Assembly: GCA_008632985.1 (NCBI GenBank)
Contig: QPGO01000184.1
Span: forward strand, 1-64,000
Length of the DNA stretch: 64,000 bases
Reading direction: 5' to 3'
Source of the DNA: Psammoneis japonica
Lineage: Eukaryota
Shown: positions 23,731 to 36,964 of the stretch, piece by piece
Numbering within the stretch: the stretch's first letter is position 1
How the letters are laid out: every line of letters starts with the position of its first letter
The notes under the pieces: generated by a model
What the model saw: only the letters and a program-made list of their open reading frames with translations
The model's database searches: none
Told to the model about the DNA's origin: nothing
Program-made: the position numbers and the translations under genes

Positions 23731-26650
23731 TCAAAGGAGAAGGCACAAGACTTGCGCTAAAGTTGCTGCCACGTGTTCGCTCACATCCACAGTGGGATTT
23801 TGTGAAAGGTTGGGTGGATTCGCACGGTCATCGGTGGCGTCGACAGAACTCTCCTCATCCTCAAAAGCAATGACAGGGGCGCCGCATTCCGAAACACTGT
23901 CTTTGTTGTCGGAGGAGCTAAGTTCGTTGTCTGCCACAACTCCATGCAGAGTCGATGATTTGTTCTTGTCCGATGCACCAGAAAAGGATCCCGCACATTC
24001 TTTGTCGTCGGAGGACTCATCATGCAAGGAGCTGAGTTCGTTGTCTGCCACAACTCCGTCAAGTGCCAATGATTTGTTGTTGTCCGATGCGCAAGAAATT
24101 AATCCCGCACTGTCTTCGTCATTGGAGGATTCTTCTGGCAAGGATTCGTCCTGGTTGGATGATCTGGACAATGAGTTCAATTCATTGTCAGCAGCCACTC
24201 CATCACGCAACAAGATTCATCGCTGAGGTCAGCCGCAATTCCACCTTGAACCACACATCTTTTTGGTCGTAAAGGTGAGGGTCTGAGTCAACGCACTCCA
24301 CAATTTGACAATCCACTGATCCACAGGGTTTGCGCAATCGCTTGCCTGATGGAGAAAATGTGAAGAGATCTTGTCCGGAACATGGACCGTGGAACACATG
24401 ATCAAACATGCATGTGCAGCGATTGTCCAAGTTCTCACAGAGTTGTCTCACCGCAATGTCTGTGGTCTCCATGCACCATTGCATGAGCATCGTTCTCTGG
24501 TCATGTGGCCAGTTGACGGCACCAGTTGGTGCAGATCACCATGTCGTTCAGACGCGGGTGGTCCTTCACCACAACACCGGACAGAGCGAGACAATGCAGC
24601 ACTGACATGAGACGAATCTTGCTAAAATCTGCTCCCCTGTGTGCCCAAACATCGCAGGCAGCCTTGCAGCGTTGTTCCATTAAATTGGGGCAGAACTCAT
24701 TGGTGGTGACGTCATCGTTGAGCCAAAGCAGCACTGCACAGATTTTGTTGACCATCACGTCGACTGGGTCATCAGCGGTGCCAATGCACCTGTGTCAATG
24801 AAAACCTTGGCGAACTCATCGTGGGTCAAATTGGTTGGGCTGATCCTGCCTGCCTGTGGATCACCGAACAAAACGCCAAACTCATTCATCAAGCAATCGG
24901 CGAATTGCAGAAATGGGTCAATGCCTCGGCAACACAGCTCAGGCAGGCACTTGTCACCGACATGGTGGAATCGGTGATGCCCTGTCAGACAACCAGCATG
25001 AATGGCCAACCGCATCACTCGCTTCGGATCTGGCCCCAATCTGCACATGATGTTCTTGAAACGGAACAGAGCTGTGCTTGGGGCGGACAGGTGAAAGTCC
25101 CTCACAGGGAATGTTGGGAACTTAAGCCGATCCATGCACACACGGGGGATTCCCGTGACACCGCCTCCGCCGATGACAACATTGTTCCATGGCGGCTGTC
25201 ATCCAGCGAGAGTTTTTTGAATGTACGTGCGGTTGGGACAGAGCCAGGATGGGTGGGACCATCGTGTTGGAGATCCATGTCTTTAAGCACAAAGTCAAGC
25301 TGAGCTCGGTTGTGGTGCATCCAAGTCAACATCGGGTTCATGTCGCACTTGTCGTCGCAGCATTGACCAATGGGGCTTCTGCTGTTGGTGACCACCTTGA
25401 AGGACCACACATCGCCAAAGGCATCCATGACAAAGAAACAACCAGCGGCTGTCTTCCGACATCAAAGCCAGGTGCAGTTTTTTACGTCGCGGTGTCCTTC
25501 ACAAAATTGACCACGGGATGTGCACAATCCCTCCAGGGTGACGTCCTCACGACGGAAATGTGGACAACCCATCACAAACATTTCGATGCTCTGACCGAAG
25601 CGACCAGTTGAATGGTGGGGGGTTGCGAAGCTTCCGAAGCTCGACGTCATTTTTGCAAAGCTGAATCGAGTCAAGAATGTCAGCCACCATGGCCTTGATT
25701 TTGGAAGACTCTTTCGCGTCGAAGTTTTTGTCAGGATCAAAAACATGAAGACCGCATGTGGCCTTGGTTTGGCTGATTTTGCAGAGCCAGGCTCCTTCGG
25801 ATGATGTGACCGACCGGCACAGCCAATCTGATCCTTCGTCTGTCTTCCTTGTCAACTGCCAGTGATCCGTCACGTTTGAAATCAAACTCTCCCTTCAACA
25901 AAATGAAAAGCAAAAGGGTGGGAATGCACACACGAAGGCAACCAAAGTGCCCTTTGTAAAGAGAGTTTGCATGACGGGCAACAGAGAGTTGTCTGAGCAG
26001 TTCGAGGTCAGGAGGACTCGCCTCACACGAGATGGGGGGGTGTTTTGTTTGAAAAGATGTGCCAGTTTTCCCTGAGGTTGTCGGCAAGGTGAAAGTCGGC
26101 TGCGGAATGGTGAAGCACAGGCTCCGTGTCAGTTGCCTTGTCAATGATGTGAAGGCGTGACACATGAGCAGCAACTTCGTCTGAGGTGACAGATCAACAC
26201 TTGGACGGGTCAAAGCGCTGTCGCAGTGTAGACTTGTCCAACCACGACATGTCGTTGGGGTCCAGTGGGGGAGATGACGCAACCGGGCCTTTCGTGGTGC
26301 GAACCGGCGGAGAGGCTGGCAGCTGGGCGGGAGGACCTTCCAGTGAAGAGGAAGGTTTGTGGGAATCCATGGTTTCCGACAAAGTGGGAAGGTCGGCGGT
26401 GAGAGTGCGGTTTGCCTCCCGTGACGACGGCAGGTCGGCAGACGAAGGAGGACGTGCCTTGGCAGAGCGTGATGCAGTCTTTGGCTTCTTGTTGGGGACG
26501 GCAAGGAAGGCTCTTACGCGGCGAATGTGACAATGGGACAAAATGTGGACACATGAGAAGACGGATGCACAAGAAACATGCGGCAACAAGGAGGGGGGGG
26601 CACGTGCCGTCGTACAAACAGATGCCGTCTTTGCGGGTCCTCCCAATTTT
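23731..26650 (-). pseudogene. Long fragmented cargo ORF(s), unknown function; acidic repetitive C-terminal part
   Basis: Chain of protein-like minus frames (26194, 25547, 25102, 24755, 24501, 24203, 23731). Three imperfect GVVADNELSS repeats at ~23900-24210. Confidence 0.4.
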
Positions 26651-28249
26651 GCATAGTTTTGGATTGATGCTCTCGTTTGTCATCATCATCCATGCAGTCG
26701 GCCCTCTGATCACGCATTCTGCATCGAAGGATTGTGAGCAACTTGCTGTGCTTGGGTCGTTTGCCAGGTTGTTCCTTGGGACTGCGCTTCCCAAATTCGT
26801 GGTTCAACATGGAATTTGTTTTTTCTTGTGCGCCTCCCGACGGGCAAGGGAATCACCAGCCATTGTCACTTTGTTCTTTGTGTTGCCGATTTGGTCCGGA
26901 GCAAGGCATTCCTTGGTGTCATCCGCCTGAGAGCCCGGGTCGTTAGAATCGCACAGCACAAGAAAGCTGTTGATGAACAGGCGCCACTCCTTTAGCGATT
27001 GGACATGACAAAAAATCTGCATGAACCAGCAGTCAAAGTCATTTTGTTTGCACTGAACGTGACGCGTTGCGATTTCGGTGACAAAAAATGCACCGTGGAG
27101 GTCTTGTGCACGGTCGTCGATCAGTTTTTTGAGATTGTCTTCCTTTAGAAACCGGAAACAAGGCTTGCCGGAAACGGGTCATTCAGGTCGTCACCGGCAA
27201 CAATTGCACAGACAAATTCTGCCATGGCTTTGATGTTGCGGTGAAGATTCATGCGGTGCTCTTCTTGTTGAACTGTCTCTCCAGGCATTTTGGAGAAACA
27301 GAGAGCTTCATCCAAATTTTGATGATGAAGGCAGCATTGACCTTTCAGTGTGGGATTTCTTCAGGGGCCAACCACGAGTCTTGATGCAAGACCAAACATC
27401 AGGGCATCCAAGAGTTTTCCTGACAACATTGTTGGTGCGGATGACTTCTGCGACAGGTGGAATTGACGTAACTTTGGCTTGTGGCAAAGGAAGGGAAGAG
27501 CGAGAAATTGCGGAGAGGGAGTCCATTTCGTTGTTTCCAAAAACTGCTTTTTGGATGCACGCGTTGAAATCATGCTTTTGAGCTTGGGACCAAAAAACTC
27601 CATTCCAAAACCATTGGCAAAATGTTCTGCATCATCAAAATCATGTTCATCAGGAAATTGGAAGGAAGGATTGGGGTCGACCTTGTCGTGAGACGGGGTG
27701 AAGTCGTTGACCGCCATGGCAAGAGGTCAGTTGTGATTCGCGTAGAAAGCACGTGGATGACAACAGCACATGCTCAGGTGGAAAGCAGTTTGGGGAGAGG
27801 ATGTGCTGTTGTGAATTGCGTGGACAATTGCACATGTAGAATGAGCACCCGAAGCAGGGCAGCACAGAAATTCCGGGAGGTGCTGGAAAAATGATGCTGG
27901 AAATGACTGGAGCGCACCGAACAGCAGAGGATGCACCAGTCAACACGGTGGGGTGTGCATGATGTGGAGATGTTAAAAACCAAAATCAAAGACATCGGTT
28001 CAATGCAAATGTGATGTTAAGATCAAATGGAAATTTGTGAAATCCAACAAAAGCGAAAATCGAATTAAATTGTTGAGAATGATCAAACACAAATGGATGA
28101 CAAATGTCGGCATAAAATGGATTTAATGAGTTCAGTGTGTTGTTTCAATTTAAATGTGAAAACAACAATTGAAGGTGCAACAAAATCAACCACAATTGGT
28201 GACATTTGTGTGCAGAAAATTGAAAACCACTGTGTTGCCGCCTCTGATG

Positions 28250-28705
28250 TTGACATGTGCATGGCTCACAAGACACAACAAACAGAGTCATGGGTGGGCA
28301 AATTGATGCACAGCACACAACAAGGGCATGGTGAACATTGTCGCAGAAGCATTCAGCCAACTTGCTGTGAAGAAAATTGAGCCTTTTGAAATCCTGCAAC
28401 AATGTCCTGCCTTTAAAACAAGACAATGACATTTCCTCCAAATTGTCAGATGCAACACATCTTGCCAACACTTTTCGTGGGAGGCAAGCAAGATCAAAAA
28501 GTGCTCATGTCACAAGGACAAAATTGTCTTGTCTGAAGACGCTTTGAAAAAATTGGTGACAGATTGGCGCACAATGCGTGCCCACTTCACACTGGAAAAA
28601 AGACAGTCTCGCAACACCTGCGCAGTTGCAGTGCACAAAATGTGCAAGGCAAGACACAAACAAACAACGTCACTCTCAAAAGACATTTGGAAATTGGAGC
28701 GGCCC
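28250..28705 (+). repeat. Dispersed repeat, direct copy of 40519-40970
   Basis: TTGACA...CACAAGACACAACAAACAGAGTCATGGG through GGAAATTGGAGCGGCCCTG is shared. Confidence 0.85.
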
Positions 28706-29309
28706 TGTGTGGCCCACACAAAACAACAACAGTCATTGCCAGCGGCACAATGCAGTCAACGTGGAGACAACATTGATGCTGTCAATGTCCGTTGAACAAC
28801 TCAACTTGACAAATGACTCCAATGTTCAATCTCACATTTTCCACTTTTTGCAGATGTTTGAAAGGTTCCTTTGCACTGAGCGATGTTTTGACATGTCCCA
28901 GAGAAACAGATTGATGTTGAGTTCAGGATGCCTTGCAAAGTGCAAGGTGTTTTTGCCAAAAATGAGCACAGTGCATTGTGCACACACACCACAGAAGGTG
29001 AAATGGTGCTGAACTTGTTGGCGCCATTGGGTTTTGTCATTCCGTGCACAACATGCGCGATCACAGCCACAACTTGCGGCAGCAACTGTGTTCTTCCCAG
29101 GGCCAGCTGGTGACAAATTGACTGTCGCAGCAGAGTTTGCATCCACTGCTGTGAAAGCTGTTGTTGGCAAGCAAGCTGTGGCTCAAGAAGGCCTTGAGGA
29201 ATGGAGCAAAGGTGCAGAACACACGGTCAATTTGGGCTTGCCTTGAGAGAATGTTGCAGCTGGCAACAAAATGCAGCATCTCACATTCAGCCAGCAAGCC
29301 AGTCATTCA

Positions 29310-29590
29310 GTTGGTGGGTTGGCTGGTCGGTTGGTTGGCTGATCGGCTGGTTGGCTGGTCGGCTGGTCGGTTGGTTGGTTGGTTGGTTGGTTGGTTGGTT
29401 GGTTGGTTGGTTGGTTGGTTGGTTGGTTGGTTGGTTGTTGGTTGGTTGTTGGTTGGTTGGTTGGTTGTTGGTTTTGGTTGGTTGGTTGGTTGGTTGGTTG
29501 GTTGGTTGGTTGGTTGGTTGGTTGGTTGGTTGGTTGGTTGGTTGGTTGGTTGGTTGGTTGGTTGGTTGGTTGGTTGGTCAGTTGGTTGGC
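29310..29590. repeat. (GGTT)n microsatellite grading into the 8-mer satellite
   Basis: Direct inspection. Confidence 0.95.
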
Positions 29591-29981
29591 GATGAAGGGT
29601 TGGCCACTTTGAGCACTTCTGAGGCTCAAAAAAGGGTCAGGGGATGCGCTCCAGCTCTGGGCAGGACCTTGCACTGCTGAAACATGACATCAACATTTTT
29701 TTGGATTGTGCTGTGTGTTGTGCATGTGCATTTCTATGTGACTTTGGTGGAATTGTGCACCACTTTGCAGTGCAATTGCTGGGTGATCCATTCAACAGGT
29801 TTTGACATTTTTTTCTTCTGCGTCATTTGCAAATGCATTGAGAATGGTGCAGGGCAGGCGGATTGCCAAGAACTTTGAGTGTGGACAGGCACAAATGCAC
29901 TTGAAGATGAAAATGTCCATCAATGAAATTCTTGCACTGCAGAGCTCGCACGCAGAATTCTGCGGGCCGAGTGTCACAAAA

Positions 29982-32900
29982 CATCAGAGTGCACAAAATG
30001 TTAAAAATGTGCAGATTCACATGATGACAATTTGTCAAAATGTTGCAAAAAATTGTTGTTGCACGATGAAAGGCCAACCTCTGGTTGCAAGTTTGGTGTG
30101 CCAACATTGCAATGACTCGTTGAGAATCATGCACGCTGTTTTTCACCACATCCACATCACTGTTTCTGCCTCCACCTTGTTGCCACATGCCAATGCGGAT
30201 TGCATTGCCACACAATCCTTGGTTTGTTAATTTTCGTAAACTTTGTTTTGCACAAGAAAAGCATTTCATCGGTTGGGTCAATCCCTTGTTGCGTCTGCAG
30301 TGCAATGACCGAGTGCCATGTTGACTGTGCACACATTTTCTTGCTGCAACTCTCTTGAGCTGAGCTGACAATCATCATCGGACTCGTCTCCATCGGACTC
30401 GTCTCCTCTGTTGTTTTTGCCTTTTGCGCCTTCCTCCTGCTCATCGTCGTCACTGTCATCATCCCTGCTGCTCTCCACCATCAGGCTGTTCATTGCCTTC
30501 ACCTTCTCCGCATCACCGGTCGGTGCTTTCTTCTTCTTCTTTTTGCTTCTCCGGACTTCTTGTGCTTGCTTTTCTTGATCTCCGCGTGCCACTTTTCAAA
30601 CTCCTTGCCCTCCTTGGAGTCTCTGTCTTTTGTCACCTCTTTGTGCAAATGTTGAACCGATTGATTCCGTTGTCTCCCCAAGACACTCTTTGTTTCTTTG
30701 GCTTCGTGTGCCAAGGGGCAGGCCTTGTTTCTTCGGGCTCCATTTCCTCACCCAATTCTTCCGCCGCCTCCTCCTTGTTCCTGCATGCCCACACCTGCCA
30801 ATGATTTTCCACAGCTGACAGTGCCAAAGCTTTGTCACCGACTGCAAACAACTGTGAGACCTGTGCGTTCCCAGTTTTGACGGTGCTGCTCCATGCCTGC
30901 TTTTGCTTGGTTCAAGGCAGCATGTGATCACAGAACCACTTGCGCACCTGCTTGTTCCTTCGTTTGCCGCCGGCGACAGTGTCCAGGCCAACTGATCCCA
31001 TGTCGGCACAAACGGGATGTCATTCTCTTCATTCTTGTCATGGCTTGACTTTTTCCTGCCTTGCTTTTTCTTCCTGACTGCCGCCTTGAGTTTCTTTTCT
31101 TTTTCCTTTCCCTCTTCCTTGGCGACAACGCCCACAAGACAAAGCATCACCGTCATCTTCTTGTGAGATGCGCGCAACTCTCAAACCACACACATTGGTC
31201 ACTCAACTCATGGGCCATTGCCTCCGCCCCAACAGCCGAACACACTGTGTTTCTGCGATTGTCAGCTTGCCTTTTTGCCGCCTTTTTTGGCCATTCCTCC
31301 CAAGTTCCTGACCAATTTGAAGTGTCCATGTTGCCACCAGCAATCTGTTTCTTGACAAACATTGAGATGCTCCCATTGCTTGCCAATTCTGATGGACTGA
31401 GAAACTTCACCTGTGGAAACAGATCATTTCTAGCCACCTTCTCTGCTTCTGATTTTTCAATGCACCATGCGCTGCCTGCGCACCTGTTCTCTTCAACGCT
31501 GCCTGAAGTCTTGGGCTCATTGGCTCAACAGTCTCATTTTTCTTTCTCTTCTTTGCCGGCTGTGCTGGAGACAACATCTTTGTCTTTTTGCGGCAACAAT
31601 GAGAGGAGTGGTGCTGTTCGACAGTGCAACCGTTGTTTGGGTCGTGTTGAGACAGCCAGGCACTCTGTTTTTCTCCACAACATTGCACAAATCATTGTCA
31701 GCAACACACACATTTGAAAACACATTTGCGCACAACAACAAATGGCCCAACTTGCTTTTTGATGTGGCTGTCATTGCATTTCAACGGAGATGGTGTCCTG
31801 CATTTTGACAGCAAATAAAAGTGCAACATTCATTGTGAGCGCAGATAAAAAATCAAAATGCAGACACGTCATGCCTGCAAGAATCATCCAAATCTGCAAG
31901 ACAATGCAATGTTTGCCAATTTCCTGCCATTTTTTGTGTGCTTCTGCTCCCTCTTTGACAAATGTTGATAGAGCTTGCGCAGAGTTGTGCAAGAAGCTCA
32001 TGGACACATGTGGTGCTCCCTGGAATTGTGCGATTGCATTGTTGATTTCATTGAGAGGCACACTGGCAACAGCAACATTGAGCTTGGTGCAGTTCTGCCA
32101 AGGAGAAAAGAGTTGATGCATGCCTTAACTGAGCATTTCCCTCTCCCACCCAGTGAGTCATTCCTGTCACTCTAGAAACCAAAAATTTCAAAACCGGTTT
32201 GCCAAAACGAGTGTCAGTGCCAAGATGGAATTTCACAAAGGTTTGGGAGCAGTTTTTGCTCAATCCTCACCTGTGGTGCAGCAGAGAGAATGTGGCCAAT
32301 CCAGACAATCCTTTTGGGAAGCACAAAGCAAAGGGACCAGATGACAAGTGCCTTTTGGCGGGTGAGTGGCACAGGCGCAGTTGCAAAGAATGGATGACTG
32401 ACCCAGAGAAACAATTTCTCGAGTGCAATGTCATTTGCCTCGACAAGACTGGCAGGACACAAGGGATGGGATCATGTTGTGGAGAACCAGTGATCATGAC
32501 CTCTGCGCATGTTGCCTTCAACAAATGGTCGGACAAGAGTGTCTGGAAGCCAATTGGTCATCTCCCAGATTTGGAAAAGATGCCATCATCTGCGGCAAAG
32601 AATCTCTCAAACAATCGCAAGGCGGAGAAGGGACGCTCGTGAGAGACTGCCACACTTGCTTGCGTGTCATTTTGGAGCCACTTTTGGAAGTCATGAGAAA
32701 AGGAGGCATGAAAACATGCGTGCGACGAGGGGATGAGATGCGACACCTCCACGTGATCCCGCTGATTGTTCTGATCACAGGAGATGCAAAAAGCGGTGAC
32801 TGTCTTGTAGGACGATGCGGAGGTCACAACTGTTGTCAACGTTGCTGTTGTTTTTGCCTCGCTGGCTTCAACAAACTGGACGACCCATGGATTGAATGCG

Positions 32901-35900
32901 AGTTTGTCCGAGGACTGGATCTCCACCAAGTGCAAACCAAGGCCAACGACGACAACAGATCAGGCCAAGAAAGGAAGCACTGGCTGGGCATCTTGCATTG
33001 CCTCAAGCAACACAACGCACCTGCCAACTGTCTTTTTGAGGCAGACTTTGGCGCACAACCATGCGGCGTTGCCCTTGCAACAGCAAGCGACATGATGCAT
33101 CTCTTTGAAAACGGCACCTTGAAAAGGGCAATCAATTCATTTGTAGACAGCATGACACCTGTGGTCGCAAGTGAGGTGGACAGCACAGTGGAAAGGATTT
33201 TCAGCAATCACCGGTCAACTTGCAAAGCATCCTTTTTGCAAACAAACTTCAAAGGAGGAGCAATGTCGCTTGCCTTCCTCAACTCTCACCACTGGGCTGG
33301 AATGGCTTTTGTTTTCTACCTTCTCCTGTTGACCAGCGAGGGACGAAACGCATGTGAGTCATGCTTCCTTGATGAGGACGCAGACGAACCCATTGTTCCA
33401 GAGAATCGCAAGACACCCAAAGTGAACTTTGAGAGTTGCTGCCAACCCAGTGAGTGCTTGGACTCTGACAATGAAAGGTCGGAGGAGTCCAAAGAGGGTG
33501 ACTGGGACAAAAATGAGGACAAGAAAGAAGAGAGCGAGGCTGAGGATGGTGACGACAACCAAAAAAAGAAAAAATGCAAGGGAAAAAGACTTGGCTGCAG
33601 CGTCCGGCAATTCATTCAATTGCTTGAGGACCTTCTTGTCTTCCACGCATGGCACAGGCCAGGCGATCCACCCATCACAAGCGCAACTCCCAGTTCATCT
33701 GTTCAGAAAACAAACAAGAAAATCCGTCTCCTCATTGACTGGACAGTGCAATTCATCCCGCAAACAGAAGGATGCAGGTGGAAGCTTCAAAAGCTTCATG
33801 AAACACTCCATCTCCCAGCGTTTCTTTGTCATTGCTGACATGTGATGAACTCTGATGCAGGCTTGGGGGAATGTCTCTTGAAAGACTTTTTCAAGCTGTC
33901 ATCATCCACGGCACAACAACGCAACCTTGACAGTTTTCTGAAGCAGGTCGTGTTGCGCATGGAGGGCCAAATGAGGCTCAATGCCGCAATTTCAGCCAAC
34001 AGTTGGATTTTGCCAACTGGGAAAAAAGAATCATCAAGAGTCAGGATGGACAATCACACGCTGGGAGGAAGCACGTTCACTCTCACCTGCAACCAAGGGA
34101 TCGGCACTGTGACGTTTGAGTGGAACAGCTTGCATGCTCGTTGCCAAGTTCACCCTGTGTTGCCAAACTTCATGTCGGAAAAGTGGGAGGATTGTGTTGG
34201 TGAAGACAGCGAAAGTGCACACCTCACTTGTAAGACAGAGTTTTGCAATGCAAACGGGAGGGATGCGTGCCGTGCGCACCCCAACTGCAAAAGCGAAGGA
34301 CCATGGCATGACTTTGCCCATGTGACCTTTGGCGCACGAAAGGGCGATCAACAGTTTCCCTCCCGTTTGCTGTGTTTCTTTGAACAGGAAGACACAGGAT
34401 TGATTTTTGCAGTGGTCCATCCAACTGCTTGTCAAGTTGACCAGAGAACTGTGAGGCAACAGCATCAGTGTGCAGACTTGGTCAGTCGCTGGCAGCTTGA
34501 TCACAAACGAAACAACTGGCTTTCAATGCCTGAGAAGACTCAGCACTCACCTGAGTTACGTGTTGTCCCTGTTGAAGCAATTGGGGACAATGTTTTGGTT
34601 TATGAAGAATGTCCAGGAGCAGCAGAAGCTCAAGAAAAGGCCCCATTTGTTTGGGCTGCACAGGACAGAAGGAAGTGTTGGTCAGATTTGTTTCTAAAAT
34701 GGGGTGCGCACGTCAATCTGTCATTCACTCACAGTGATTTCCCAACTCTTTCTTGCAAACATGATGAGTTTGATCCTTTCAGAATTGGCAAAGTCATTGT
34801 GGCACATGTGAGGCAGTGCGGTGCGAGCACCTTCCGTTGCTTTTGTTCTGATGTCTTCTTCTGAAACTCCAAGACAAGCTTCTTCCTGATCGGAAGGCTT
34901 TCCCAACCACCGACATGACAGGAAACTCTGATGCATCAGATGTGTGCAGTTTTGGACCAATTGCTTCCTCATGGATTCTGTGCAGTGTCCACTTGCACGG
35001 TCCATTTAGTCATCCTGCGCCATGAAATGTTCCCTGGCAGTCGGCACTGTGGTCAGGCTGGTTGACAGCCACCAATTGTGCCTCGATTTGCAATGCCAAC
35101 TGCAGGACCCTTTCTCTTGCCATGGCTTCTTCGTCCACAGCCCGGATTGCGGTCCACATCCCTCCCCGCATTTGATCTGTGCCTGGCCTCAGATCATGCA
35201 AAGCTTGCCACTGTTGCTGCCAGGCAACGTCTTTCCTCATCAAATTGTCGAGGGCCTCGTGGAGCAACGTGATTGCATCCTTCAGGATGCACTGCGGCTG
35301 TGTTAGATGTCACCTTCGAAGGAGTGGCATGGCATGGCGGTGGATGGATTTGTCAATGCTGTTAATTCTGTGTCAGAATTTGCCCTGAGGCTTCTCAGAA
35401 GCAACATTGAGTCACAGCTGTGCAGCGTGTGTGGCCCACATTCTGATTTTTGATGTCCCACAACAAAGATTGGGAGCCCCAGTTCTTTTGCGTCAAATGC
35501 ATTGCCGTGAAGAAAGCGTTGGAAACTCATTTCTGCTTTGCTGCAATTTTCCACTGCAACAACACAGTTGTTGTCTGAACAGTGTGTCTCGATCGATGAC
35601 TCAATGCACTGCACATGGATGTGCTTAAACTCGCAAGTGGTTGTTGCTTGATTTGACAAAGCACTCTCAAGTGTGGTCGTTGCAGCCACACCGGCACGAC
35701 GGGCTTCTGCCATTGCTTCCACCAATCTTGACACAGCAGCCTTTGCATCCTTTGCTCTCTGTTCCTCCAAACAACAAGCAGCATCAGCGTGAACAAAACC
35801 ATCAACTGTCTCCATCATCCGGCGACAGAAATCCTCATCAGCGGATGGACAGAGTTCATCTGACATGGTTTTCTTCCAATGCTCTGATTGTTGTGGTCAT

Positions 35901-36936
35901 GGGTCCGCCATTGCATTCACCAGATTGGTCGTGCGTCAGTCACAAAATTCTGGTTTCCACAGAAACACACCAGAGTGGTGCGCGGGAGAAGTTGCACACG
36001 CGCCTGGTGGGATTTGGAGTTTCAAACACAAAAACCTGCCAGACGCGTGTGCAACTTCTCCCAGGGAAATCCTGTGTGAGATTGCACTGGGAAAGGGCAA
36101 TGCGGAGTGCAGAATTGATGGAAGAAAACATTGTGCAAACATGCATCAGGAGAAAGGGTGCATGCACTGGAAAACAACATGGGTTTCTACATGCGCGTTA
36201 AGGCACGTGAAGAACACGTGGGTGCCTTCAAGTGACGCACGCGAACAACCACAAAGAAACATTTGGAAATGGAGATGGCACAGAGAGAAGTCAGAAACAT
36301 GGATCCAAAACAAAGTGACACACAATGAAGGCGACGGCAACGGGATCGATGAAAAAGAAGGATTCAGATGGAAAGACGCCGGAGACGGTGAAAACAGGCG
36401 GCGCCAAGATGAAGAAGGAAGAGAAAAATGGGACGGGCAAAATGAAGAAAGAGAAAAAGAAGCAGATGACACGATGTCAAGAGGGGAGCAGCGATGCAAT
36501 TCTGCATTTCAAGGGACCTCTTCCTCTCGATGATGTTCACCCAAATGCAAGAAATGCAGTGTGTTTTTTTGGAACGGTGATGAGGAAACATCCAATGCGG
36601 CAGCGGCACATTTGAAATTCTTGCAAGAGAGCGGACAAGACATGTGGAATGAAGAGGATGATGCGGACGAGTGGGCCAATTGGAGCACAGTCATTGACCA
36701 AATGATTGGTGCACACTTCACATGATGAAAATTTCATTGCATGCAATTGCAACATTTGGCTTGTCATTAAAGATCGTCAGTTGTTGAGAAAAAGACAGAG
36801 CATAAAAATTAAAAAGCATCTGTGTTCAAACATGAAGAATGGCAGGAGATTGACAATGTGCAGATGAGTGAATTTTACAACATGGCAACACAATTTTGTC
36901 ATGCACGCAGATGTCACGATGTCGTGCACTCTGATG
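29982..36936 (+). mobile_element. CACTA/Plavaka-like DNA transposon, family 1 copy 2 (7.0 kb, inverted relative to copy 1)
   Basis: TIRs CATCAGAGTGCAC / GTGCACTCTGATG. 2-bp TSD AA supported by the uninterrupted MITE end at 38048-38084. About 0.6 kb of the transposase 5' region is deleted at ~31940. Confidence 0.9.
31940..34702 (+). pseudogene. Plavaka/CACTA-like transposase (copy 2), 5'-deleted and frameshifted
   Basis: ORF-track frames 31975, 32199, 32423 and 33842 align to the copy-1 protein. Confidence 0.8.
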
Positions 36937-36964
36937 AACATCCCACCCAGGACTGGAACCCATC

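Larger units (their letters stand above)
13060..28249 (+). mobile_element. CACTA/Plavaka-like transposon, family 2 (up to 15.2 kb including nested insertions and cargo)
   Basis: Left end CATCAGAGGCAGCAATGCAGCG (13060); right end reverse complement CATCAGAGGCGGCAACACAGTG (28228-28249). Flanks TT/TT. ORF layout resembles family 1. The left flank does not match the expected empty site at ~40510, so the two ends may come from different insertions. Confidence 0.6.
29643..36964. mobile_element. MITE A2 split by the CACTA-like insertion (parts 29643-29981 and 36939-36964)
   Basis: Ends GATGCGCTCCAG / CTGGAACCCATC, with an exact 4-bp TSD AGGG at 29639-29642 and 36965-36968. Confidence 0.8.

Noticed and set aside
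17050..27750. Cargo ORFs encoding the mutator (deaminase HxE...PCxxC)
   Set aside because: No convincing motif was seen, and Cys/His are inflated by the mutation itself, so chance matches are expected.
4505..36936. One giant element or segmental inversion with 7-kb inverted arms
   Set aside because: Each arm has its own TIRs, its own TSD and a different target (LINE vs MITE), so these are two independent insertions.
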